Part shown: positions 29,601 to 42,894 of the stretch, in pieces
How positions within the stretch are numbered: position 1 is the first letter of the stretch
Layout: every line of letters begins with the position of its first letter
Assembly (NCBI RefSeq): GCF_030684315.1
Contig: NC_081362.1
Span: forward strand, 97,711,323-97,775,322
From: Stegostoma tigrinum
Taxonomy: Eukaryota
DNA length: 64,000 nucleotides
Direction: 5' to 3'
Position numbers and translations under genes: made by a program
Notes under the pieces: generated by a model
Database searches by the model: none
The model's input: the letters and a program-made list of their open reading frames with translations, nothing else
What the model was told of the DNA's origin: nothing

Positions 29601-32600
29601 CGCAACATCACTGCTCCCCAACTCACCGCAACATCACTGCTCCCCAACTCACCGTAACATCACTGCTCCCCAACACCGCAACATCACTGCTCCCCAACTC
29701 ACCGTAACATCACTGCTCCCCAACTCACCGCAACGTCACTGCTCCCCAACTCACCGCAACATCACTGCTCCCCAACTCACCGCAACATCACTGCTCCCCA
29801 ACTCACCGCAACATCACTGCTCCCCAACTCACCGTAACATCACTGCTCCCCAACTCACCGCAACATCACTGCTCCCCAACTCACCGTAACATCACTGCTC
29901 CCCAACTCACCGCAACATCACCGTTCCCCAACACCGCAACATCACTGCTCCCCAACTCACCGTAACATCACTGCTCCCCAACTCACCGCAACGTCACTGC
30001 TCCCCAACACACAGCAACATCACAGCTCCCCAACTCACCGCAACATCACTGCTCCCCAAGACACCGCAACATCACTGCTCCCCAACTCACCGCAACATCA
30101 CTGCTCCCCAACTCACCGCAACATCACTGCTCCCCAACTCACCGCAACATCACTGCTCCCCAACTCACCGCAACATCACTGCTCCCCAACTCACCGCAAC
30201 ATCACTGCTCCCCAACTCACCGCAACATCACTGCTCCCCAACTCACTGCAACATCACTGCTCCCCAACACACCGCAACATCACTGCTCCCCAACTCACCG
30301 CAACATCACTGCTCCCCAACTCACCGCAACATCACTGCTCCCCAACACACCGTAACATCACTGCTCCCCAACACACCGCAACATCACTGCTCCCCAACAC
30401 ACTGCAACATCACTGCTTCCCATCTCACCGTAACATCACTGCTTCCCAACACACCGTAACATCACTGCTCCCCAACTCACCGCAACATCACTGCTCCCCA
30501 ACACACAGCAACATCACTGCTCCCCAACACACCGTAACATCACTGCTCCCCAACACACCGCAACATCACTGCTCCCCAACTCACCGCAACATCACTGCTC
30601 CCCAACACACCGCAACGTCACTGCTCCCCAACTCACAGCAACATCACTGCTCCCCAACACACCGTAACATCACTGCTCCCCAACACACCGTAACATCACT
30701 GCTCCCCAACTCACCGTAACATCACTGCTCCCCAACACACTGCAGCATCACTGCTCCCCAACTCACCGTAACATCACTGCTCCCCAACTCACCGCAACAT
30801 CACTGCTCCCCAACTCACCGCAACATCACTGCTCCCCAACTCACCGCAACATCACTGCTCCCCGACTCACCGCAACATCACTGCTCCCCGACTCACCGCA
30901 ACATCACTGCTCCCCAACACACCGCAACATCACTGCTCCCCAACTCACCGCAACGTCACTGCTCCCCAACTCACCGTAACATCACTGCTCCCCAACTCAC
31001 CGCAACATCACTGCTCCCCAACACACCGCAACATCACTGCTCCCCAACACACGACAACATCACTGCTCCCCAACTCACCGCAACATCACTGCTCCCCAAC
31101 TCACCGCAACATCACTGCTCCCCAACACACGACAACATCACTGCTCCCCAACACACCGCAACATCACTGCTCCCCAACTCACCGCAACGTCACTGCTCCC
31201 CAACTCACCGTAACATCACTGCTCCCCAACTCACCGCAACATCACTGCTCCCCGACTCACCGCAACATCACTGCTCCCCGACTCACCGCAACATCACTGC
31301 TCCCCAACTCACCGCAACATCACTGCTCCCCAACACACCGCAACATCACTGCTCCCCAACACACCGTAACATCACTGCTCCCCAACTCACCGTAACATCA
31401 CTGCTCCCCAACACACTGCAGCATCACTGCTCCCCAACTCACCGTAACATCACTGCTCCCCAACTCACCGCAACATCACTGCTCCCCAACTCACCGCAAC
31501 ATCACTGCTCCCCAACTCACCGCAACATCACTGCTCCCCAACTCACCGCAACGTCACTGCTTCCCAACTCACCGCAACATCACTGCTTCCCAACTCACCG
31601 CAACATCACTGCTTCCCAACTCACCGCAACATCACTGCTCCCCAACTCACCGCAACATCACTGCTTCCCAACTCACCGCAACATCACTGCTCCCCAACTC
31701 ACCGCAACATCACTGCTCCCCAACTCACTGCAACATCACTGCTCCCCAACTCACCGCAACATCACTGCTCCGCAACTCACCGCAACATCACTGCTCCCCA
31801 ACACACCGTAACATCACTGCTCCCCAACTCACCGCAACATCACTGCTCCCCAACTCACCGCAACATCACTGCTCCCCAACACACCGTAACATCACTGCTC
31901 CCCAACACACCGCAACATCACTGCTCCCCAACACACCGTAACATCACTGCTTCCCAACTCACCGTAACATCACTGCTCCCCAACACACCGTAACATCACT
32001 GCTTCCCAACTCACCGTAACATCACTGCTCCCCAACTCACCGCAACATCACTGCTTCCCAACTCACCGCAACATCACTGCTTCCCAACTCACCGCAACAT
32101 CACTGCTCCCCAACTCACCGCAACATCACTGCTCCCCAACTCACCGCAACATCACTGCTCCCCAACACACCGCAACGTCACTGCTCCCCAACACACAGCA
32201 ACATCACTGCTCCCCAACACACCGTAACATCACTGCTCCCCAACACACCGCAACGTCACTGCTCCCCAACACACAGCAACATCACTGCTCCCCAACACAC
32301 CGCAACATCACTGCTCCCCAACACACCGTAACATCACTGCTCCCCAACTCACCGTAACATCACTGCTTCCCAACTCACAGCAACATCACTGCTCCCCAAC
32401 TCACCGCAACATCACTGCTCCCCAACTCACCGCAACATCACTGCTCCCCAACTCACCGCAACATAACTGCTCCCCAACTCACCGCAACATCACTGCTCCC
32501 CAACTCACCGCAACATCACTGCTCCCCAACTCACCGCAACATCACTGCTCCCCAACTCACCGCAACATCACTGCTCCCCAACACACCGCAACATCACTGC

Positions 32601-35080
32601 TCCCCAACTCACCGTAACATCACTGCTCCCCAACACACCGTAACATCACTGCTCCCCAACTCACCGCAACATCACTGCTCCCCAACTCACCGCAACATCA
32701 CTGCTCCCCAACTCACCGTAACATCACTGCTCCCCAACTCACCGCAACATCACTGCTCCCCAACTCACCGCAACATCACTGCTCCCCAACACACTGCAAC
32801 ATCACTGCTCCCCAACACACCGTAACATCACTGCTCCCCAACTCACCGCAACGTCACTGCTCCCCAACACACAGCAACATCACTGCTCCCCAACTCACCG
32901 CAACATCACTGCTCCCCAACTCACCGCAACATCACTGCTCCCCAACTCACCGCAACATCACTGCTCCCCAACTCACCGCAACATCACTGCTCCCCAACAC
33001 ACCGCAACATCACTGCTCCCCAACACACCGTAACATCACTGCTCCCCAACTCACTGCAACATCACTGCTCCCCAACTCACCGTAACATCACTGCTCCCCA
33101 ACTCACCGCAACATCACTGCTCCCCAACTCACCGCAACATCACTGCTCCCCAACACACCGCAACATCACTGCTCCCCAACACACCGTAACATCACTGCTC
33201 CCCAACTCACTGCAACATCACTGCTCCCCAACTCACCGTAACATCACTGCTCCCCAACTCACCGCAACATCACTGCTCCCCAACACACCGTAACATCACT
33301 GCTCCCCAACACACCGCAACATCACTGCTCCCCAACTCACCGCAACATCACTGCTCCCCAACACACCGCAACATCACTGCTCCCCAACTCACAGCAACAT
33401 CACTGCTCCCCAACTCACCGCAACATCACTGCTCCCCAACACACCGCAACGTCACTGCTCCCCAACACACCGCAACGTCACTGCTCCCCAACACACCGCA
33501 ACATCACTGCTCCCCAACACACCGTAACATCACTGCTCCCCAACTCACAGCAACATCACTGCTGCCCAACTCACCGCAACGTCACTGCTCCCCAACTCAC
33601 CGCAACATCACTGCTCCCCAACACACCGCAACATCACTGCTCCCCAACTCACCGCAACATCACTGCTCCCCAACACACCGCAACATCACTGCTCCCCAAC
33701 TCACCGCAACATCACTGCTCCCCAACTCACAGCAACATCACTGCTCCCCAACTCACTGCAACATCACTGCTCCCCAACTCACCGCAACATCACTGCTCCC
33801 CAACACACAGCAACATCACTGCTCCCCAACTCACCGCAACATCACTGCTCCCCAACACACAGCAACATCACTGCTCCCCAACTCACCGCAACATCACTGC
33901 TCCCCAACACACCGCAACATCACTGCTGCCCAACTCACTGTAACATCACTGCTCCCCAACACACCGCAACATCACTGCTCCCCAACTCACCGCAACATCA
34001 CTGCTCCCCAACACACCGCAACATCACTGCTCCCCAACTCACCGCAACATCACTGCTCCCCAACTCACTGCAACATCACTGCTCCCCAACTCACCGCAAC
34101 ATCACTGCTCCCCAACACACAGCAACATCACTGCTCCCCAACTCACCGCAACATCACTGCTCCCCAACACACAGCAACATCACTGCTCCCCAACTCACCG
34201 CAACATCACTGCTCCCCAACACACCGCAACATCACTGCTGCCCAACTCACTGTAACATCACTGCTCCCCAACACACCGCAACATCACTGCTCCCCAACTC
34301 ACCGCAACATCACTGCTCCCCAACTCACCGCAACATCACTGCTCCCCAACACACCGTAACATCACTGCTCCCCAACACACCGCAACATCACTGCTCCCCA
34401 ACACACCGCAACATCACTGCTCCCCAACACACCGCAACATCACTGCTCCCCAACTCACCGCAACATCACTGCTCCCCAACTCACCGTAACATCACTGCTT
34501 CCCAACACACCGTAACATCACTGCTCCCCAACACACCGCAACATCACTGCTCCCCAACTCACCGCAACATCACTGCTCCCCAACACACAGCAACATCACT
34601 GCTCCCCAACTCACCGCAACATCACTGCTCCCCAACACACTGCAACATCACTGCTCCCCAACTCACCGCAACATCACTGCTCCCCAACTCACCGTAACAT
34701 CACTGCTCCCCAACACACCGCAACATCACTGCTCCCCAACTCACCGCAACATCACTGCTTCCCATCTCACCGTAACATCACTGCTCCGCAACTCACCGCA
34801 ACATCACTGCTCCCCAACTCACCGCAACATCACTGCTCCCCAACTCACCGCAACATCACTGCTCCCCAACACACAGCAACATCACTGCTCCCCAACACAC
34901 CGTAACATCACTGCTCCCCAACACACCGCAAAATCACTGCTCCCCAACACCGCAACATCACTGCTCCCCATCTCACCGTAACATCACTGCTCCCCAACTC
35001 ACCGCAACATCACTGCTCCCCAACACACCGCAACATCACTGCTCCCCAACTCAGCGCAACATCACTGCTCCCCAACACAG
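2692..35080. repeat. ~32.4-kb tandem satellite array, 26-bp unit CAACATCACTGCTCCCCAAC(T/A)CACCG, about 1,245 copies
   Basis: Continuous head-to-tail 26-bp periodicity with a small set of recurring variants. The ORFs in this span are translations of the repeat. Confidence 0.98.
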
Positions 35081-35081
35081 C

Positions 35082-35146
35082 GCACCATTGGTGGAGATGT
35101 CATTTCCTGCATTGGTGATGTCATTTCCTGTTCTTTTTCTCAGAGG
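35082..35146 (-). mobile_element. Short Penelope-like 3' fragment between the satellite and the CR1
   Basis: GGTGATGTCATTTCCTGTTCTTTTTCTCAG matches 49133-49162. The minus strand reads PLRKRTGNDIT, as in the ORF at 50084. Confidence 0.8.
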
Positions 35147-36710
35147 AAGAAAGTTGAGTGTGGAGTCAGATGAGATAGGGGAAGCACTAAATGAATATTT
35201 TTCGACAGTATTCGCTCTAGAGAACGACAATGTTGTCGAGGAGAATACTGAGATACATGCTCCTAGACTAGTTGGATTGAGGTTCACAAGGAAAAGGTAT
35301 TAGAAATCCTACAGAGTGTGAAGATAGATAAGTCCCCTGGGCCAGATGGGATTTACCCTCGGATCCTCTGGGAAGCCAGGGAGGAGTTTGCCGAGCCTTT
35401 GGCAATGATCTTTAACTCGTCATTGTTAACAGGAATAGTGCCAGATGACTGGAGGATAGCAAATGTGGTTCCCCTGTTCAAGAAGGGGAGTAGAGACCAC
35501 CCTAGGAATTATAGACTGGTGAGCCTTACCTCAGTTGTTGGTAAAATGTTGGAAAAGTTTATAAGGAATAGGATTTGTAATCATCTAGAAAAGAATAAAT
35601 TGATTAGGGATAGTCAGCACGGTTTTGTGAAGGGAAGGTCGTGCCTCACAAACCTTGTTGAGTTCTTTGAGAAGGTGACCAAACAGGTGGATGAGGGTAA
35701 ACTGGTTGATGTGGTGTATATGGATTTCAGCAAGGTGTTCGATAAGGCTCCCCACAATAGTCTATTGTACAAAATGCGGAGGAATGGGATTGTGGGAGAT
35801 ATAGCAGTTTGGATCGGAAATTGGCTTGTTGAAAGAAGACAGAGGGTGGTAGTTGATGGGAAATGATGATCCTGGAGTCCAGTTACTTGTGGTGTACCGC
35901 AAGGGTCGGTGTTGGGTCCACTGCTGTTTGTCATTTTTATAAATGACCTGGATGAAGGCCTAGAAGAATGGGTTAGTAAATTTGCAGACGACACTCAGGT
36001 CGGTAGAGTTATGGATATGGACGAAGGATGCTGTAGGTTGCAGAGAGACATAGATAAGCTGCAGAGCTGGGCTGAGAGGTGGCAAATGGAGTTAATGCAG
36101 ACAAGTGTGAGGTGATGCACTTTGGTAGGAGTAACCAGAAGGCAAATTACAGGGCTAATGGTAAGATTCTTGGTAGTGTAGATGAGCAGAGAGATCTTGG
36201 AGACCATGTACACAGATCCTTGAAAGTTGCCACCCAGGTTGACAGGGCTGTTAAGAAGGCATACAGTGTTTTAGCTTTTATTAATGGAGGGATCGAGTTC
36301 TGGAACCAAGAGGTTATGGTGAAGCTGTACAAAACTCTGGTGCGGCCGCACTTGGACTATTGCGGACAGTTCTGGTCACCGCATTATAAGAAGGATGTGG
36401 AAGCTTTGGAAAGGGTGCAGAGGAGATTTACTAGGATGTTGCCTGGTCTGGAGCATAGCTTTAAATTGAGGGGCGAAAGATATAGGACAGATGTCAGAGT
36501 TGGTTTCTTTACTCAGAGAGTGGTAAGGGAATGGAACGCTTTGCCTGCAACAGTAGTAGATTCGCCAACTTTAGGTACATTTAAGTCGTCATTGGACAAG
36601 CATATGGACGTACATGGAATAGTGTAGGTTAGATGGGCTTCAGATCAATATGACAGGTCGGCAAAACATCGAGGGCCGAAGGGCCTGTAATGTGCTGTAA
36701 TGTTCTCTGT
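35147..36710 (+). mobile_element. 5'-truncated CR1 LINE (RT pseudogene and 3' UTR) with an internal deletion near 36450
   Basis: Motifs KSPGPDG, QHGFVKGRSCLTNL, YMDFSK, LGPLLFVIFINDL, KFADD and LERVQRRFTRMLPG are present, with stops and frameshifts. It has a typical tail (GGGCCGAAGGGCCTG...). Confidence 0.95.
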
Positions 36711-37070
36711 AAAACTTCACCCTTCTTATGCTAGCTTTACCTCGAGTAATCAAACAATATACCCTAACCTCAACATCCGTCATGTCCCTCTCCTCGGTGA
36801 ATACCACTGCAAAGTACTCATTAAGAAGCTCACTCATTTTCTCTGACTCCTCACATAACTTCCCTCCTTTGTCCTTGAGTGGGCCAACCCTTTCTCTCAT
36901 TACCCCCTTGCTCCTTATGTGTGAATAAAATGCTTTGGGATTTTCCTTAACCCTGTTTGCTGAAGATATTTCGTTACCCTTTTTCGCCCGCTTAATTCCT
37001 CATTTCAAATTGGTCCTACTTTCCTGATATTCTTCCAAAGCTTCGTCAGTTTTGAGTTGCCTGGGACCTT
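36711..37070 (-). mobile_element. CR1 LINE ORF2 fragment
   Basis: The ORF RERVGPLKDKGGKLCEESEKMSELLNEYFAVVFT matches the CR1 endonuclease-RT linker. Confidence 0.85.
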
Positions 37071-37264
37071 ATGTATATATTCACCTGTAGATTCAGGTGT
37101 TTACTTTGTTTTTTTCTGTGAGAACTGAAACCATGTGCCCCCAGGTAGGCTTTCAAAACTGTCGCAACAAAGAAACTTACCCAAAAACTGACTGCTATTC
37201 CTTTCTGTCCCTGACATCAATTCCAATCAACGTGTTGCCAACAAAAACTGATTCAATGATTTCA

Positions 37265-40082
37265 CCCTCCTATTCCTCCCTCTCTATCCTATCCCCCTCT
37301 CTCTCTTCCAATATACCCCCCATCCCATCTCCTCCCTCTCTATCCCTTTCTCCTCTGTCTTCCAATATAGCCCACATCCCATTCCCTCCCTCTCTACCCC
37401 ATTCTCCTCTCTATCTACCAATATAGCCCCCATCCCATTCCCTCCCTCTCTATCCCTTTCTCCTATCTCTTCCAATATACCCCCATTCCCATTCCATCCC
37501 TCTCCACCCCATTCTCCTTTCTCTCTTCCAATATAACCCCCATCCCATTCCCTCCCTCTCTATCCCATTCTCCTCTCTCTATTCCAATATACCTCCCCAC
37601 CCAATTTCCTTCCTCTCTACCCCATTCTCCTCTCTCTCTTCCAATATACCAGCCATCCCTTTCCCCACCATCCTGTTCTCCTCTCTCTCTTCCAATATAC
37701 CCCCCATCTCATTCCCGCCCCCTCTATCCCATTCTCCTTTCTCTATTCCAATATACCTCCCTACCCAATTCCCTCCCTCTCTACCCCATTCTGCTCTCTC
37801 TCTTCCTATATACATCCCCATCCCATTGCCTCCCTCTCTATCCCATTCTCCTCTCTCTCTTCTACTATATCCCCATATGCCATTCCCTCCTTCTGTATCC
37901 CATTCTCCCCTCTCTGTACCTCATTCCTTTTCTCTCTATCCCATTTCCCCTCTCTCTACCCTATTCTCTCCCTCTCTATCCTGTTTCCACTTTCTCTACC
38001 CCATTCTCTCTCTACCTATCACTTTCTACTCTCTCTACCCCATTCCCTCCCTCTCTATCCCATTCCCTCCTTCTCTATCGCATTTCCCCTCTCTCTATCC
38101 CATTCCCTCTCTCTCTATTCCATTTCCCCTCTCTCTACCCCATTCTCTCCCTCTCTTCCCCATTCTCTCTCTACCTGTCACTTTCCCCTCTCTCTACCTC
38201 ATTCCCTCCCTCTCTATCTCAGACCCCTCTCTCTTTCCCATTTTTAACTTCACCCCATTTACCCCAATCCATTCACCCCCTCCCTATCCTGGCCCTCCTC
38301 CCTCTATCCCATTCCGCCTCACCCTCTGCCTATCCTATTCTGTCTCTCTATCCCATTCCTTTCTCTCTATCGCATTCACCGTCTTCCCATTTCATCCCAT
38401 TCTCACTATCGCACTCCCCGTCTATATCTCATTCACCCACTTTCTATCCCATTCCCCACTCCCTCTTTCCCAGTCCTGTTCTCTTCCCCACTCCCTCTCC
38501 TTATCTCATTCTGTCTTCTCCATCTTATTCCTCCCATTCTCTATTCAAATGCCTTCCTCTCTCTATCCCATTCTCCTCTCTCCATCTCATTCCCTCTCTC
38601 TATCCCATTCCCCCTCTCTGTTCTATTCATCCTCTCTCTAACCTAATCCCCTTTCTCGGTGCCTCTCTGCTCTCGCTCTGTGCCATTCACTCATTCTCTG
38701 TCCCATTCCCCTTTTCCCTTTCTCTCCCTTTCACCCCTCTCGATTGCATCCCTCTCTCTGCATCTCATTGCCCCATCTCTTGAACCCAATCCCCTCTTCC
38801 CATCCCACTCATCCTCTCTATCCCATACCACTCTCTATATACCATTCTCACTCTTTCTATCCCATTCCCCACTCCCTCTTTCCCATTCCCCCAACTGTCT
38901 ATCCCATTCCCCACCTCTCCATCCCACTGAACTTTGCTCTATCCAAATGCATCTCTCCATATCCCATTCCCCAAAAGTGATTCATTTTGGAAGGTTGAAT
39001 TTGAATGCAGAATACAGGGTTAATGGCATGATTCTCGGCAGTGTGGGGGAACAGAGGGATCTTGGGGTCAACGTTCATTGATCCCTCAAAGTTGCCACCC
39101 AGATTAACAGGGTTGTAAAGAAGGCCTACGGTGTGTTGGCTTTCATTGGCAGGGCAATTGAGTTTAAGAGCCGTGAGGTTATGCTGCAGCTCTGTAAAAT
39201 TCTGGTTAGATCACACTTGGAATATTGTGTTCAGCACTGGTCACCTCAGTAGAGGAAAGATATTGGAAACTTTAGAGAGGGTGCAGGGGAGATTTACCAG
39301 GATGTTGCCTGAACTGTAGAGCAGGTCTTATGAGGAAAGGTTGAGGGAGCTAAGGCTTTTCTCATTGGAGTGAAGAAGGATGAGCGGTGACTTGATAGAG
39401 GTGTACAAGATGATGAGAGGCATAGATAGAGTGGATAGTCAGAGACTTATTCCCGAAGTGGGAATATTACAAGGGAGCATAATTTTAAGTTGGTTAGAGA
39501 AAGGTAGAAGGGAGATGTCAGAGGTAGGTTCTTCACACAGAGAGTGGTGGGCTTGTGGAATGAGTTGCTGGCAGTGGTAGTGGAGTCAGATCCATTGGAG
39601 AATTTTAAGTGACTCTTGGATAGGCACATGGAGGGTAGTAAAATGTAGGGTATGCAGGTGAGATTGATATTAGTAGGGTAATAGGTCAGCAACAACAGTG
39701 TGGGCCGAAGGGCTTGTACAATGCTATACAGTTCTATGTTCATCCGATTCCCCTCTCTCTATCCCATCCCCCTCTCTCTATCCCACCCGCCTCTATCTAT
39801 CCCATTCCCTTCTCCCTATCCCATTCCCCTGTCCCTATCCCATTTCCCTCTCTCTATCCCATTCCCCTCTTTCTATCCCATCCCTCTCTCTCTATCCCAT
39901 TCCTCTTTGTCAATCCCATTCCACTCGCTCTATCCCATTCTCCTCTCTCTGTCCCATTCCACCCCTCTCTCTATCCCACCCCATCCTCTCTATCCTCTTC
40001 CTCGCTCTCTATCCAATTCCCCGTCTCTCCCTGTCCCATTCCTCTCTCTCTATCCCATTCTCCCTCTCCCTATCCCTCACTC
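37265..40082. repeat. Polypyrimidine low-complexity tract (CTCTATCCCATTC-like), interrupted by a CR1
   Basis: The + strand is almost G-free, with recurring TATCCCATTC and TTCCAATATA words. Confidence 0.9.
38977..39742 (+). mobile_element. CR1 LINE 3' fragment inserted in the pyrimidine tract
   Basis: Reads KVIHFGR...EQRDLGV, LERVQGRFTRMLP and GDLIEVYKMMRGIDRV, followed by a CR1 tail. Confidence 0.9.
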
Positions 40083-41179
40083 CAGTTTTTCTGAAGCCTG
40101 CCTGAGATTATCAGGCCCAGCCTGTGGTTTGGAGTCAAGCTCAGAACGTTTGGTGTGGGGGTGTTTCTGACAGGGTATCTGCCGCTTTGGGGAGCAGAAC
40201 CTCTCCTCCTGCCCATGGCCAGGATGCGTTCCCCAGCACCGTGTGCGAATTCCTGGCCTGAGGAGGGTGGTGCTGTTGGTGTGTGTGGGCTCCGAGCCTC
40301 AGGCTGGAGCTGACAGATCTTACCTTTCGCAGTGATCCAGTGGCACAGCTCCCCGCTCCCCACGGCAGGAGCTGCCTTTCAGTGAATGGGGGGTGGGTAA
40401 CACTCAGAGCCAGTCACCACCAACCACCCCACCATGACCCCCATCCTCCGTCACCACGAACCCCCAACACACCGACGCCCCACCCACCTCGCCAACCAAA
40501 GCACCCACACCACACCCCACAAACCCCTACCCACCCCCTACCCTCCCCCGACTACGGCCCCCATACCCCCACCCCCCCCAACTTCACTCCCCAACATGCC
40601 CCCAGCGCCCGCCCATCCCGAAGTTCACTCAAATCTGTTCTGAGCCTCACTCACCAACATCAATGAGGCTCCGATAGCCCCAGCCCTGCCTGACCACCTC
40701 AATTATCCCACCTCCCCTCCACCCCCAGCCCCACCCTGGGTTTTATTCTGGGATCTCATTGTGTCAGGCTGTCATCATCTGGGAATGGCTTTCTTGTTAA
40801 ATACTTCCATTGATGCAGATTCCTCTGTCCCATCCTCAGTCACTCGAGATGATCCATATATTCACACAACAGTGTGACACTGCCGGAAGTGAGTCAGTAA
40901 TTTGCTTTAATGGAACAGTTAAACATCCCACAACACGAGCATCAGTCAGAAACTCCTTCAGAAACCAGCTGCATCAGTTTGCTTCACTCAATCAGGAAAG
41001 AGACAGCATGTCCGCACTGAGGCCCAGCCTGGGCTCGTATACCATTCCGGGACTTGGTGGGCAGTGGGGCAATGCAGTGCAGTGGGGAAGTGGGGTAATT
41101 TATTTGCTCACTTTTTGGTTCAGAGCTTGTGGGGTTTCTTCCAAAGTCAGGATAAAGTGAAGCTGAGGATCAGGGTTCA

Positions 41180-42660
41180 GTAAAAACAGAGTGACATCAC
41201 AGTAATTTGTAAGTTCATTGGTTGGGAATTGCTGATAATTTGACCCACTATTGTCAGCTCCTTTCAGATCGAAGATAAATAGGGGAAATATTTATGGGGA
41301 ATCCTAAAATAAACAGCAGGAAATTCTGAAAATAAAACCAAATTAAGAACAAAGACAATAAAACAGAGATGTGGGGCCAGGTGATGTGTTGTACCTGCAG
41401 GATGTGGGAGCTGCTGGACACCATTGTGGATCACAGGAACCACATTTGTAGCAAGTGTTAGTTGCTTAAGGGGCTCTGACTCACAGTTGATGAACTCAGA
41501 GCATCAGGGAGGGAGAAGGTTACCTGGGAGTTACCTGTTTCAGGAAACAGTCGCAGCCCTTAGATAAAGTCATTCAAATTCAGGTCAGTGGCAACACACG
41601 GGAGGGTGTGACTATGAGTGAGGCAGGTACGCGGGATCCAGGAGGTGGTGCTGAAGGAATCTCAGGCCTTGAGCTGTTGAACAGGTTTGAGATTCTGGCT
41701 CCCGGTGTGGGTGAGAGTAGGGGCTGCAGGGAGGATGAGCTTCTTTCAATGTATAAAAAGGAAGAGAGAGGTCAAAGTGCACCTCCTGCCTTCAGAAAAC
41801 GAATCTGGGGAAGGTGGTTTGGGGAACAAGGAAATGGGAGAGTCGTTAAACAGATATATTGATCAGTCCTTACAGTGGAAGATACTCTGAATGTCCCCTT
41901 AAGACTAAAGAATACAGACGAAGGAATTAACTACCATCACAGTCACGAGAGAAGTTGTGTTCCATAATCCAATGTGGCGAGAGGCAGAGAATTCCCTGGC
42001 CGTGATGGTTTCCATCCTAGAATCCCAAAAGAGGGAGCTACAGAGATAGTGGATGCATTGGTTGTAATTTTCCAAAGATCTTGAAATGGAAAACCAGCCA
42101 ATGAGACAGCCTGATTCAGGAAGGGCGGGAGGTGAAAAATGGGTAATTATAGGTCAAACAGCCTCACTCCTATTGCTGGTGAAATAATGGAATCAATTTT
42201 TAGGGAAGCAACAGCAGAACATTTGGAAAATCATAATCTAATCAAGCAGAGTCAGGGTGGCTTCACGAAAGGGACTGTGTTAGAGGTTTCCAAGGAATTG
42301 CTAAGCAGAGTGTATAGACAGGAACCAGTCAATGAGTTGTAGCTGGATTTTCAGAAGGTGTTTACTGAGAAACCTCACCGAAGGTTAAGCCATAAGATAA
42401 GTTCCCACAGTGTGGGAGGGAGTATATGCAGCGGCTGGAGAACTGGGAGGAAACACTGAGTGGGGATGAAGGGATTCTTTTTCACGTTGGAGACCCATGG
42501 GCAGGGAGTTCCACAGGGATCAATGCAAGGACCACAACTGTTCACAATTTCTATTAATGACTGGGAGGAAGGAGAGAGTACATTGTAGCTAACGTTGCAG
42601 GTGGCACAAAAACAGAAGGAAAGGTGGGTTGTGGGAGGGATGCAAACAGATACTGAGGGA
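41180..42660 (+). mobile_element. Old CR1 LINE remnant: ORF1 fragment joined to ORF2/RT fragments
   Basis: ORF1-type VMCCTCRMWEL...HICSKC and LLNRFEILA are followed by PGRDGFHPRI, NYRSNSLT and QSQGGFTKG. Confidence 0.75.
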
Positions 42661-42894
42661 TGTTGGTATGTTCAGTATGATCATGGCTAAACCTATACCT
42701 CAGCACTATATCCATCCATTATCTACATAAACCAGTAGAAACTCAAAACCCAGCAATTTCAATCTGGAATTTCCTCAAAGATTGAGTTTTCACAGCCTCT
42801 GGTGATGAGAATTCCAAAGATTCAACCAAGAGGAAATTCCTCCTCATCTCAGTTCAAAAAGACTTGCCCCCTGTCCTGAGACAGGGCTCCCTGG

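Noticed and set aside
2692-35080. CRISPR array, or repetitive protein ORFs (e.g. 11738-12772)
   Set aside because: There are no unique spacers or cas genes, and the context is eukaryotic. The ORFs are translations of the 26-bp unit and mostly start at non-ATG codons.
37284-40170. Ser/Pro/Leu-rich ORFs
   Set aside because: These are artefacts of low-complexity sequence.
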